From assembly GCA_963847745.1 (NCBI GenBank), contig CAWKAW010000007.1, forward strand, positions 46,506-110,505: a stretch of DNA of 64,000 nucleotides. The letters are read 5' to 3'. This document shows positions 19,592 to 31,025 of the stretch, piece after piece. This stretch comes from an uncultured cyanobacterium. Its GTDB lineage: Bacteria > Cyanobacteriota > Cyanobacteriia > PCC-6307 > Cyanobiaceae. Each line of letters starts with the position of its first letter. The first letter of the stretch is position 1. Under the pieces are notes generated by a model that made no database searches, was not told where the DNA came from, and saw only the letters and a list, made by a program, of their open reading frames with translations. A program made the translations under genes and the position numbers.

Positions 19592-20527
19592 ATGGGGACT
19601 GGAATGTCGCGGCGAGGGGTCTCCCTGGCCCTGCTCGCGGGGCTCTGGGCCGGCACCCTGCCGGTCCTTGCCCAGGGAACGGCCCCCCCGCCGACCGCAG
19701 CCGCCAAGGAGAGCTACAGCCAACCCGAGACCCGTGCCCTGGTGGATCTGGTGAATGCCGCCGTGAAGGAGGTGGCCACCAGGGGAGAGGCGAGCTTTCC
19801 GGAGTTCCGCGTGCGGGGAAGCCGCTGGTTCCAGGGGGATCGCTACATCTTCGTGCTCGATCCCAAGGGGAACAGTTACGTCTATCCCCCCGATCCCAAG
19901 AGCGAGGGGGTGAACTTCCTCGGTTTCCAGGACCTCGGCGGCAAGCCCTTCGGCCAGATGTTCGTGGATCGCGCCACCGACGCCGACGGCCGGGGCTGGG
20001 TGCACTACCAGTGGCGCAGGCCCAACCCCAACGACCGACGGCCGGTGTGGAAATCCACCTACCTGGTGGGCGTCACTGCCCCCTCGGGGAAACGCTATCT
20101 GGTGGCGGGCGGAACCTATGAGGCCCGCATGGAGAAGGCCTTCGTGGTGGAGGAGGTGGAAGCGGCCGCCCGGCTGCTCGGGAAGCAGGGCAAGGCAGCC
20201 TTCGATCAGCTGCGGGACCCCAGGGGTCGCTTCTACTTCCACGACACCTATGTGTTCGTGGACACGCCCGACGGGGTGGAGCTGGTGAATCCGGCCTTCT
20301 CCGAGGTGGAAGGCCGCAACATCATGGATCTGCGGGATGGGGAAGGGCGACAGATGGTGCGGGAATACATCCGCCTGGCCATGGAGAAGGGCTCCGGCTG
20401 GACCACCTATCTCTGGCCCCGGCCCGACGGCTCGAAGCGGCCCGAGCGCAAGACCACCTACGTGCGCAAGGTGACGACCCCGGCGGGCGAGACCCTGATC
20501 GTGGGTTCCGGTCTCTACGAACCCTGA
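19592..20527 (+). CDS. Exported stand-alone protein with two Cache domains
   Basis: Signal peptide (RRGVSLALLAGL...PVLA), then two similar units YIFVLD...GWVHYQWRRP...KSTY and YVFVDT...GWTTYLWPRP...KTTY. No transmembrane or output domain follows. Confidence 0.85.
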   Translation: MGTGMSRRGVSLALLAGLWAGTLPVLAQGTAPPPTAAAKESYSQPETRALVDLVNAAVKEVATRGEASFPEFRVRGSRWFQGDRYIFVLDPKGNSYVYPPDPKSEGVNFLGFQDLGGKPFGQMFVDRATDADGRGWVHYQWRRPNPNDRRPVWKSTYLVGVTAPSGKRYLVAGGTYEARMEKAFVVEEVEAAARLLGKQGKAAFDQLRDPRGRFYFHDTYVFVDTPDGVELVNPAFSEVEGRNIMDLRDGEGRQMVREYIRLAMEKGSGWTTYLWPRPDGSKRPERKTTYVRKVTTPAGETLIVGSGLYEP

Positions 20528-20530
20528 GGG

Positions 20531-22081
20531 TCAGCCACTGCCGGTGATCGCCACGGCGCCCTGGCGACGCCGGTCGGCGAAGGCCTCCAGCTCCCCACCG
20601 GACCAACGGACCGCCAGCTTCACACCTCCGAAAAACATGTCCGGCGCCTCCAGGAGCCGCAGCTGGAGGTGCGGCTCCCGCTCCAGCAGGGAGAGATCCA
20701 GACCCGGCTCACAGAGCACCAGGGGAGGCTCACGCCCGGCCTGCACGTGCAGTCGCGGTGCGGTGATGGCCTCCTCCAGCGGCAGTCCCTCCAGGGTGTG
20801 GCGCTCCCACACCTGGGCCATGGCCGTGGTGATGCGGCTGGCCCCGGGGGTGCCGAAGGCGAAGCCATGGCCATCCGGATGGCGCACCAGGGTGGGGGCC
20901 ATGTTCGACACCAGCCGGGAGCCGCTGGGGGCCGTCAGGAACCCCTCAGGGTTGAGTTCCGGCTCTCCCAGGCTGTTGTTGCAGGCGATTCCGGTGCCGG
21001 GGATCGTGATCCCCGAGCCATAGCCGTTGCTGAGGGTCACGGCCACCAGGGAGCCGTCGCCGGTGGCCACGGAAAGGTGGGTGGTGTGGGGGGAGGCCAG
21101 GGCGCCGAGATGGCGCCGCAGCACCTCCGGGGCCAGCAGGGCCTGGGCCTGGGCAGTCGAGAGACCGGGGCCGAGGCCCTGGCGGCGCCGCAGGGTGAAG
21201 AGGGCCCGCTGGGCCCTCACCCGCTGCACGACCCGCTCCGCAGCTGGGGCCTCGGCAGAGAGGGATTCCTCCACCAGTCGGATCAGGCTGCCCAGGGCCA
21301 GCCCACCGATCGCAGGAGGAGGGTTGAGGGCCAGCCGGAATCCCCGGGAGCGCAGCTCCAGGGGCTGGCGCACCCGGGCCCGGTAGTGGGCCAGGTCCTC
21401 CCGGGTCACATACCCCCCCAGGGCCCCCAGCTCCCGGGCGAACACCTCGGCGAGATCCCCCCGGTAGAGAGCCTCGGCGCCCTGCGCGGCGATCAGCTCC
21501 AGGCTGGCGGCCATCCCCGGAATCCGGCACCAGCGTCCTTCCCGGGGCGGATCGGCCGGATCCACCGCAAAACACTCCCGGCTGGCGGCCTGGCGATCGA
21601 ACAGCAACGACCCGGCGATCGACAGCCACTGGGCCGTGGTTCTTCCCATCGGGAATCCCTCCCGGGCCAGCCGGAGCGCCGGTGCCACCAGATCCCGCCA
21701 GGGAAGGGAGCCATGGCGGGACCAGGCCAGGTGGAGAGCGGCCAGCATGCCCGGCACCGCCACCGACCCCGGGCCGGCCCGCACGGTGATGCCGTCGCCG
21801 TAGGGGAGGTGCACGTCCCACCAGCGGCCCGGGGAGCCCCGGTGGTGGCCGGAGGGCACGGCATCGGCGCCGTCGATGGCTTCGCTTCGGCCTGCCTGCC
21901 CTTCGATCACCAGAAAGGCGGACCCCCCCAGGGAACACATCAGAATCTCCGCCAGGCTGGCCGCCAGGGCTGCCGCGACAGCGATATCAACGGCGTTGCC
22001 GCCGGCCTCGGCAATCACCACCCCTGCACTCACGGTGAGGGGCGAGTCGGCGGCGATGGCGGCTCGGGTGGGGGGGCGCAT
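20531..22081 (-). CDS. ggt: Gamma-glutamyltransferase family (Ntn hydrolase), divergent
   Basis: GGNAVDIAVAAAL, SLGGSAF, SVAVPG, HTTHLSV (catalytic Thr), GTPGASRITTA, ADRRRQG. Confidence 0.88.
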   Translation of the reverse strand: MRPPTRAAIAADSPLTVSAGVVIAEAGGNAVDIAVAAALAASLAEILMCSLGGSAFLVIEGQAGRSEAIDGADAVPSGHHRGSPGRWWDVHLPYGDGITVRAGPGSVAVPGMLAALHLAWSRHGSLPWRDLVAPALRLAREGFPMGRTTAQWLSIAGSLLFDRQAASRECFAVDPADPPREGRWCRIPGMAASLELIAAQGAEALYRGDLAEVFARELGALGGYVTREDLAHYRARVRQPLELRSRGFRLALNPPPAIGGLALGSLIRLVEESLSAEAPAAERVVQRVRAQRALFTLRRRQGLGPGLSTAQAQALLAPEVLRRHLGALASPHTTHLSVATGDGSLVAVTLSNGYGSGITIPGTGIACNNSLGEPELNPEGFLTAPSGSRLVSNMAPTLVRHPDGHGFAFGTPGASRITTAMAQVWERHTLEGLPLEEAITAPRLHVQAGREPPLVLCEPGLDLSLLEREPHLQLRLLEAPDMFFGGVKLAVRWSGGELEAFADRRRQGAVAITGSG

Positions 22082-23869
22082 GGGGACCGGCGCGCTGCGT
22101 GTCGGGCGGAGGGAACCAGCGGATCCGACTTGCTCATGATCGCCACACCGGTCCACCGGCCGCTGCATACGCTTGGCCCTGCGATCGGATGATCGATATG
22201 CCCGAGCCCGCCCCTTCCGAGCCGTCCATGCTGCCCACCCCTGGCAGCGGTTCGGATCCGCGGCGGATCGGGTCCGAGCGAAGGGTGCTGCTGGCGGCGG
22301 CAGTGTTCGCCGTGGTCGGCCTGGCGCTGCAGTGGTGGCGACTGCAGGTGCTCACCGCCTCCTACGACCAGGGCATCTTCCTTCAGGTGCTGTGGAACGC
22401 ACTCCACGGCCATCCCTTCGAGAGCACCCTCTCCTCCCAGCTCTCCACCAACGTGATCCACGGTGGTGAGCTGCCCGCCCTTGGCTATCACCGGCTGGGG
22501 CAGCACTTCACCCCGATTCTGCTGGTCTGGCTTCCCCTGGTGGCCCTGCTGGGGATCTGGGCCCTGCCCCTGGTCCAGGTGGGGGTGGTGACCGCCGCCG
22601 GGCTGGTGCTCCACCGCCTTGCCGCCGGACGCCTCGCCCCCCGACTGGCCGGTCTCCTCGCCGTGAGTTTCTACGGAGCCAACGCGGTGCTCGGGCCCAC
22701 ATGGGGGAACTTCACCGACCTCTGCCAGCTGCCGCTGCTGGTGTTCCTCCTGCTGGTGGGGCTCGAGCGGCGATCCTGGCCCTGGATCCTGCTGCCGGCC
22801 CTGCTGATCCCGATGGTGCGGGAGGACACGGGGGTGGTGCTGGCGGGCGTCGGTCTGTGGCTGGGCCTGCGCCAGCCCCGGCGCTGGCCCCTGGCGGTGG
22901 CTCTGGTGAGCTTCGGGCTCGGCTGGGTGGTGCTGGTCACGAACGTGCTGATGCCGCTCTTCAGCGAGGACAATGCCCGCCGCTTCATGGTGGAGAACTT
23001 CGGCCAGTACCTGGGCGAACAGGAGAGCGCCAGCAGCCTCCAGGTCCTGAAACATGCCCTGCGCCAGCCGCTCGTGCTGCTGAGGGAACTGGTGAGCCCA
23101 CCGAAGCAGACCCTTCGCTACCTGCTGGGTCAGGGACTGCCGCTGATGTTCGTTCCCTACCTGGCCCTCGACAGCTGGCTGCTGATGGGGCTGCCGCTGC
23201 TGGGCCTGCTGCTGGCCCAGGGCAACAACAACCCGCTGTCGATCAACATCCGCTACACGTTTCTGGTGGTTCCCGGGCTGTTCGCCGGAGCGGTCTTCTG
23301 GTGGCAGGGGCATGGCCAGACCTTCGCCTCCTCCCGTCGCCTGAGGGCTCTCTGGAAAGGCTGCATCCTGCTCTCGCTGCTGTTCACCCTGACCAGCAAC
23401 CCCAACCGCAGCCTGTCCTTCCTCATCCCCGACAGCATCCATCCCTGGGTGTTCAGCTCACCCCTGCGTCAGTGGCGACACGGCCAGCAGGCCCGGCAGG
23501 CGCTGCAGATGGTGCCGGCGCAGGCTGCGGCCGCGGCCAGCACTCCCCTGGTTCCCCACCTGGCGCAGCGGGAGGTGCTGGTTCGGTTCCCCGAATCGAT
23601 CGCCTACCTCGACCGGGATCGCCACCCCAGTCCGGTGGAGTGGATCGCAGTGGATCTCGACTGGATGCACCGCTACGCCCCAGCCTTCCGCAAGGAGCGG
23701 AGTGCCCTGAAGAACAGCCTCGAGCGGCTCAGGGAGCTGCAAAGCGACTACGGGGTGAGGGCCTTCGCCGACGGCGTGGTGATCCTCCAGCGCCACGGCA
23801 GGGAGGATCGGGCTGCCCGTGGGGAGCTGGAGGGGTGGCTGGCCCGGCATTCCCTGCCGGATCAGGGGG

Positions 23870-25257
<1,388 letters not shown>

Positions 25258-25258
<1 letters not shown>

Positions 25259-25869
25259 CAGCGGCTGGGAACGACTTCGCTGTTGAGTTCGTTGAAGCTC
25301 TCGGTGGCACTCACGCGCGCCCCGGGGGCCAGGGGAATGCCGGTGGCACGGCTCACGGCGGCGTTGATGGCATCCACGCTCACCTGGCCGCCGGCATCGA
25401 AGACCACCCTGCCCTCGGCATCGAACACCACCACCTGGGGGATCTCTCCCTTCCAGTAGTGGGCAGGGTCGGTGGCTCCCCGGTCCTGGCGGGCCTGCAG
25501 AGGGTCGGTGACCAGGGGAATCAGCTCGATGGCATTGCCCCAGATCCGCTGCAGTTCCGATACCACCGGCGCGAACTGCTTGCTCACGGCACTGTCATCG
25601 AGGTAGTAGATCACCACGGAGACCCGATGGGCCGCCACAGCAGCGGCAAGGGAGCTGCGGGGGGGCACCAGGGAGCCGTTGCCCGCATACAGGGAGAAGA
25701 TGTTGCCGTCGTAGCGATCGTTGCTGAGGCTGGCCCAGGCCGGGGAAGGGCAGGCCCAGAGCCCTCCCAGGAGAATCGTGCAGGCAACCAGCCAGCTGCT
25801 GGCGAGCAGACCGGCGAAGGCGGCATGCAGGCGGGGGAAGGCAAGCCTCAGGGAACTCCGGAGCAGCAA
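25258..25869 (-). CDS. Thioredoxin-fold thylakoid photosystem I accumulation factor (slr1796-like)
   Basis: SNDRYDGNIFSLYAGNGSLVPP, YYLDDS, YWKGEIPQVVV. TTG start inferred. Confidence 0.8.
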
Positions 25870-25916
25870 AGGGCAGGGGCGGGTCCCTTCATTGTGCCGT
25901 GGGGGCCTGGCCCCGT

Positions 25917-27599
25917 TCAGCCCCGGCCCAGGCTGCGGCCCATCCCCTGAACGATGCCCCGACCCACCAGGCCGATCGCCTTGCCCACCACCTGGGTGAG
26001 CACCACCACCACCAGATCGCCGATCCCCCGCACCAGACTCTGCAGCTGGGGAGCGAGGGCATCGCGGGCCTCCAGCCCCAGGGTGACCAGCTGCTGCAGC
26101 CATCCCAGCTGACGCAATTCCGAGTCGCGGGGTTCGGTGAGATCCACGGTGAGAATCGAACCCTGCTCCAGCCGGTAGAGGGGCCGGCGGCTCTCGTAGA
26201 GCTGGATCGGCCGATCGACCCAGCTGGTCCAGCGCTGCTGGGCATTGAGCTGGTTGCGGAGGCGCTCGAGGTTGCGGGTCGCCAGCAGATCCGGCCGCAG
26301 CAGATACCGGCGCAGCTCAGGCCACTCGGCGCAGGCGGCCAGCACTTCCCAGCAGATCACTTCGGCCGTTCGCACCAGCCAGTTGCTGAGCAGCATCTCC
26401 AGGTAAAGCACGGCTCCCGGCTCATCGGGCGCCAGGAGTCGGCCATCGACCAGCAGGGGCCGGGCCTGGAGCAGGGTGCCGAGCATCGCTTCGGGATCCG
26501 GCAGCTCCGGATCGTCGCTGCCGAGCTCACTGGCACTCACCAGGGTGTCCGCCACCGGACGAAGGCGTCCTTCCCGGGGAAGCTGCACATAGGATCCGGC
26601 CATGTGGCGCAGCGCCTGCCGGCGAAGTTCCGGTTGCAGTTCCCGCCAGAGGTCGGCCAGGCGCTCAGCGCGCTGGTCGTCCCGGTCGAGGCGACGGCGA
26701 AGCTGCTCGAATTGCTCCAGCAGGGCCAGCAACAGATCGCGTCTCCTCTCGGGATTGAGTCCATCGAGGGCGAGCAGGTGGCCGCTGCGGTTGATGGGCC
26801 CGGCGGCGGAAGCCTCACAGAGGCGTTCCCTGAGAGCCTCCCAGATCCCGTCGGCGGTTCGCTGCCTCAGGGTGATCGCAACAGCAGGGGCGGCCACCAG
26901 TCCTGCCCCCGAACCCGCGACCGCCAGCCTCTCGCCGGGTGGAGTGGCAACAGCTGACGGGATGGCGGCGGGTTGGCTCCAGGCCATGCTGAGGGGGCCC
27001 CAGAGCCAGAGCAGCAACCGGCGGGCGGCCTGGAGCTCCCGCTGCCGCCCCTGGAGGAGAAGCAAAGGCAGGAGCTGGTCGGGGGGAGGATCGAGGAGTC
27101 GACGGCAGAGGGCCAGCTCGGCGTCGATCTGCTGCAGACCACTGATCAGCAGCCATCCGCCCAGGCCCAGGATGGGGCGCGCCTCCGCCTGACGGTCGTT
27201 CGCCGTGGCCCCTGCGATCTCGATCACCCTTCCCCCATCCAGGAGCACGGCCACCGCATCGAGCAGGGCGGGGGCATCCGGCTGCTCCAGCACCCCCTGG
27301 GCCGAGAGCTGAAGCAGGAAGGGGGTGGGGTAGGGATGGCCCACCGGCAGCACGAGCAACACTGGAGCGGGTTGCCAACGCTCCTGGAGCCTCTGCAGCT
27401 CGGCCATCAGGGTGGTGGGCTCGGGGGGGGCCGTGAGACTCCAGATCACCAGCCGGGGGGCGCCTTCGAGACCATCGGCGCTCACCGCCACGCGATAGGC
27501 GGTGGAACCCGCCTCCAGCCAGCGCAGCAACCCTTCCCGCTGCAGCGGTTCGGCGAACAGCAACAGCAGCGGAGGTGACTGGGCCGTGGAACGGCTCAC
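25917..27599 (-). CDS. DUF3685 / Ycf55-like protein
   Basis: Degenerate receiver-like N-terminus; LLRPDLLATRNLERLRNQLN, QLYESRR, VTLGLEARDALAPQ, IGLVGRGIVQGMG. Confidence 0.88.
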   Translation of the reverse strand: MSRSTAQSPPLLLLFAEPLQREGLLRWLEAGSTAYRVAVSADGLEGAPRLVIWSLTAPPEPTTLMAELQRLQERWQPAPVLLVLPVGHPYPTPFLLQLSAQGVLEQPDAPALLDAVAVLLDGGRVIEIAGATANDRQAEARPILGLGGWLLISGLQQIDAELALCRRLLDPPPDQLLPLLLLQGRQRELQAARRLLLWLWGPLSMAWSQPAAIPSAVATPPGERLAVAGSGAGLVAAPAVAITLRQRTADGIWEALRERLCEASAAGPINRSGHLLALDGLNPERRRDLLLALLEQFEQLRRRLDRDDQRAERLADLWRELQPELRRQALRHMAGSYVQLPREGRLRPVADTLVSASELGSDDPELPDPEAMLGTLLQARPLLVDGRLLAPDEPGAVLYLEMLLSNWLVRTAEVICWEVLAACAEWPELRRYLLRPDLLATRNLERLRNQLNAQQRWTSWVDRPIQLYESRRPLYRLEQGSILTVDLTEPRDSELRQLGWLQQLVTLGLEARDALAPQLQSLVRGIGDLVVVVLTQVVGKAIGLVGRGIVQGMGRSLGRG

Positions 27600-27699
27600 G
27601 GGGTTCGACCTGTAGTGAGCAACCTTACCCACGATCGCCGCTGATCTCCAGAGCCCGGGGGATCAGGGGCAACCGGCAGAGAGGTGCCTCGGGTGCCTC

Positions 27700-28197
27700 T
27701 CACCGACGGCGACGGCCGGTGAGGTGGAGAGTGTAGGAATCGATCGTGTAGCCCGTGTGCTGCTCGATCTGGCGAAGCAGGTCGGGAGGAAGGTGCACAT
27801 CGAGGTCGCGGATCTCACCGGTATCGGTGCAGGTGAGATGGCTGTGGGGATCGGCCCGGTATCCGTAGAGCCGACCACTGGCACGGTCGAGACATTCGAT
27901 CACCCCGGCCGACTGAAGGGCCTCGAGATTCTGATAGACGGAGGTATGACCGATGTTGCGGCCCAGATCATTGAGCTTCTCGAAGATGTCTCGGGCGCTC
28001 AGGTGGCTCTTTTCGGCCCAGAGCAGATCGAGCACCATGCGGCGCTGGCGGCTCAACCTCATGCCCAGATCGCGGCAGCGGCGATACACGTCATCGACAC
28101 TGCCCATCTCCATCCCAGCGCCCCGGGCCGAAACTTCGGCAGCCGATACCCCTGGAGCCTGAGCCCGCGCAGGAGAGACGACTGAACTGTTCGTCAC
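27700..28197 (-). CDS. Fur family transcriptional regulator (FurC/PerR-like)
   Basis: RLSRQRRMVL...HLSARDIF...IGHTSVYQNLEAL; HSHLTCTDT site lacks the second Cys and the C-terminal CxxC, as in cyanobacterial FurC/PerR. Confidence 0.88.
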   Translation of the reverse strand: MTNSSVVSPARAQAPGVSAAEVSARGAGMEMGSVDDVYRRCRDLGMRLSRQRRMVLDLLWAEKSHLSARDIFEKLNDLGRNIGHTSVYQNLEALQSAGVIECLDRASGRLYGYRADPHSHLTCTDTGEIRDLDVHLPPDLLRQIEQHTGYTIDSYTLHLTGRRRR

Positions 28198-28256
28198 AGG
28201 GGTGGGATGTGGAATCGCGATCCGTCTGTTATAGGGCAGTTGTGCTGGAATGGGGT

Positions 28257-29018
28257 TCAGGCCAGGGGCAGCAGACAGGGATCCTGCAGCCGTTCGGGCC
28301 CGACGGCCTGCAGGGCCTCGACCAGATCGATGCTGCCGTCGTAGAGGGCCCGGCCCACGATCACCCCTTCCACCCCCAGGGGTTCGAGGGCCAGCAGACA
28401 GAGGAGATCGGTCAGGGACCCCACCCCGCCGGAGGCGATCACGGGCACGGGGCTCACGAGGGCCATCCGCCGCAGGGCTTCGAGGTTGGGTCCGGCGAGG
28501 GTGCCGTCGGTGGCGATATCGGTGCTCACGATGGCGGCGACGCCGCTGCCGCGAAGGGAGGCCGCCAGATCGGTGGCGAGGATCTCACTTTCCTCGAGCC
28601 AGCCACGGATCGCCACCCTGCCCTCCTTCGCGTCGATCCCCACCACGATGCGGCCGGGGTGACGGGTTGCCAGCTGCCGCACCAGATCCGGACGCTCCAC
28701 CGCCAGCGTGCCGAGGATCACCCGATCAAGGCCACAGCCCAGCAATTCCTCCGCCCGTTCGGCACTGCGCACCCCACCCCCCAGCTGCACCGGGATCGAA
28801 AGGCTCGCCGTGATCGCCTGGACGATGGCGTCGTTGACGGGTTCTCCGCTTCTGGCCCCGTCGAGGTCGACCAGGTGCAGGCGCCGGGCCCCCTGACGCT
28901 GCCACTCCAGGGCCTGGGCCACGGGATCGTCATGGAAACGGGTGACGCGCTCGTAATCACCCTGCTCGAGCCGCACGCAGTGGCCATCGAGCAGATCGAT
29001 GGCGGGAATCACGTCCAT
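28257..29018 (-). CDS. hisA: ProFAR isomerase
   Basis: MDVIPAIDLLDGHCVRL, LHLVDLDGA, QLGGGVRS, TDIATDGTLAGPN, IASGGVGS. Confidence 0.97.
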   Translation of the reverse strand: MDVIPAIDLLDGHCVRLEQGDYERVTRFHDDPVAQALEWQRQGARRLHLVDLDGARSGEPVNDAIVQAITASLSIPVQLGGGVRSAERAEELLGCGLDRVILGTLAVERPDLVRQLATRHPGRIVVGIDAKEGRVAIRGWLEESEILATDLAASLRGSGVAAIVSTDIATDGTLAGPNLEALRRMALVSPVPVIASGGVGSLTDLLCLLALEPLGVEGVIVGRALYDGSIDLVEALQAVGPERLQDPCLLPLA

Positions 29019-29106
29019 GGGATCGAGCCGGTGGGAGGGGTCAGGAGGTGAAGCCGGCCGGTTCGTTCGCCATGCCAGCATCCGAGCCGCGCGAGCGCTG
29101 CTGCCC

Positions 29107-29766
29107 ATGATCCTGCCGCGGATCCTGATCCTTTCGCTGACGCTGCTGCTCACCGGGCCCCTCTCGGCGGCCCCCACCTCCGTGTCGGCTTCCGCCGCTG
29201 CCCCGGTCGGAGCGGTTCCCGACAGGGAGCTGGAGTCCGCCATCCGAGCCCGGCTGTTCGAGGGTCCCCTGGGCCGGGGGCAGCAGCCCGATCCGGAGAC
29301 CCCTGAATGGGAGCAGGCCCGGGCGGCCGGCACAAGGGCCGACTGCAACGAGGTGGGCCCCCTGCGCTATCTGCCCACCACGGTGGACCTCAATGCCGAC
29401 GGAATTGCGGAGGTGCTCACGGTGGTGGTGGGCTCCCATGCCTGTGGCAGCGGCGGCTGCACCCTGCTGATCTTCCGGCGAGGCGACGACGGCCTGGAGA
29501 CGATCCATGAGTCGGGCCTGTTCCAGTCGCCCCTGCGGATGCTCCCCGAACGCCGCAACGGCTGGCCGGATCTCAGCATGCCCGGCTCCTCCTACGGGGT
29601 GAGCAGCGGGGTGATGGAGCTGCGTTTCGATGGGCAGACCTACCGCGCCAGCCCCGGGAATCCCTCCGGCGAGCCCGTGCCATCCGGGCCAGATTCCCCT
29701 CCGCTGCTCACCCTTCCTGCCGTGGCATTCGAGAACCTCGGACTGCCGCTCGCCTGCGCTCCCTGA
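29107..29766 (+). CDS. Exported hypothetical protein (DLNxDG / CGSGGC motif family)
   Basis: Signal peptide MILPRILILSL...PLSA; VDLNADGIAEVL...ACGSGGCTLLIF...RNGWPDL...LRFDGQTY. Confidence 0.72.
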   Translation: MILPRILILSLTLLLTGPLSAAPTSVSASAAAPVGAVPDRELESAIRARLFEGPLGRGQQPDPETPEWEQARAAGTRADCNEVGPLRYLPTTVDLNADGIAEVLTVVVGSHACGSGGCTLLIFRRGDDGLETIHESGLFQSPLRMLPERRNGWPDLSMPGSSYGVSSGVMELRFDGQTYRASPGNPSGEPVPSGPDSPPLLTLPAVAFENLGLPLACAP

Positions 29767-29962
29767 TCAGAGTAGAGAGGGGGGGCAACAAGTGTGGGGA
29801 TGGAGGATACCCCGAATTGATCACATCCTGCCACTGAAATCCAGGCAACCTGAATTACTGATACGCCGAGGACGCCGCCGTGCATGAGATAGGATGAACT
29901 CTGATCCGAGAAGCGTGGTTCCCCGGCCGGGACCATGCCTGTTCCCCCTCCACAGAGACTGA

Positions 29963-30949
29963 GTGGTTCATGTGACGGATTCCCCATCGCCCATTGCACC
30001 TCCCACAGATCCGGGGTTGACCGATGCCGAAGCACCGTTCCTGCTGGGGGCAGATCCCACACGGTTGAGCCGGATGCTGGCCGTTGCAGCGACCACTCTG
30101 CTGGTTGTGTTTCTGACAGCCCTGATTCGCAATATCTTTCCCATTCAGATTCTCGTTCCCACCTGGCAGTTGCGCTTCACGGGCGCGATTCTCGATAACG
30201 CTCTGTTTCCTCTGATCGCCCTGGTGCTGCTGAATCTGGCTGTCTTCATCGATCAGCAGGATCTGCGTCTCAAAGCCCGCCATCAATCCTTTTCACGCTG
30301 GGCGATCTACGCAGCCCTTGGTTTTCTGCTGCTGATTCCCTTGCAGGCATCTGCCACGATGAGCAATATCGAAGGGGCGATCCAGGCCCGCCAGGAACGA
30401 CAGAGAACCATCCAGAACCAGTTCGCTGTGGTTCGACTGGCGATCAACTCCTCCAAGAACTCCGAAGACCTGCGCACCAATCTGGAAGCCCTTCAAGGTC
30501 AGGCGATCAACGCCAGGGGCGGAACGGATTTCTCAAGGCCTCTGCCTGAGCTGAAGAAGGAGTTGCTGCAACGACTCGATGACACGGAGGAGCGTGTTCT
30601 TGATCGACTGAAATCCTCCGCTCCCCCTGTCAGCCGCACGAACCTGGTGCTGGCCAATCTCACGGCAGGTGCCTCGGCCGTGGCCTATTCCCTTGCCTTC
30701 GCTGCCGCCGGCCACCGCCCCCACAAGATTCATTCGCTCTATGACGAATGGCGGCTCGTGTGGGTTCGCCGTCGTGAACGGGCGGCCAAGCGCCGCATCG
30801 AGCGGATGGAGCAACGGGAAGACCTGCGCGAGATCCTCAGCGAGCAGGAGCAGAGTCAGATGTTCGAGCGGGCTCGACAGGCGCGATTGCGCTACGAACG
30901 GGAGCAGAAGAAACAATCGGAGCCGGAGGAGGAGGAGTATTTCCCCTGA
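29963..30949 (+). CDS. HpsJ-like membrane protein with long charged C-terminal tail
   Basis: FPIQILVPTWQLRFTGAILDNALFPLIAL and LGFLLLIPLQ resemble the HpsJ family. GC content is lower than the flanks. Confidence 0.65.
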   Translation: MVHVTDSPSPIAPPTDPGLTDAEAPFLLGADPTRLSRMLAVAATTLLVVFLTALIRNIFPIQILVPTWQLRFTGAILDNALFPLIALVLLNLAVFIDQQDLRLKARHQSFSRWAIYAALGFLLLIPLQASATMSNIEGAIQARQERQRTIQNQFAVVRLAINSSKNSEDLRTNLEALQGQAINARGGTDFSRPLPELKKELLQRLDDTEERVLDRLKSSAPPVSRTNLVLANLTAGASAVAYSLAFAAAGHRPHKIHSLYDEWRLVWVRRRERAAKRRIERMEQREDLREILSEQEQSQMFERARQARLRYEREQKKQSEPEEEEYFP

Positions 30950-31025
30950 ATCCGCCCGGAGGTCAGCGCCCGGGACCCCGGCAGCCCCGGCAGCTTGAAT
31001 GGCCTCCTCTGCGCTGGGCAAGCCG

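Noticed and set aside
27679-27701. GAGAGGTGCC/GGTGCCTCTC hairpin at the Fur stop codon
   Set aside because: The G-U pairs work only on the plus strand, while the gene is on the minus strand, and there is no U-tail; weak terminator evidence.
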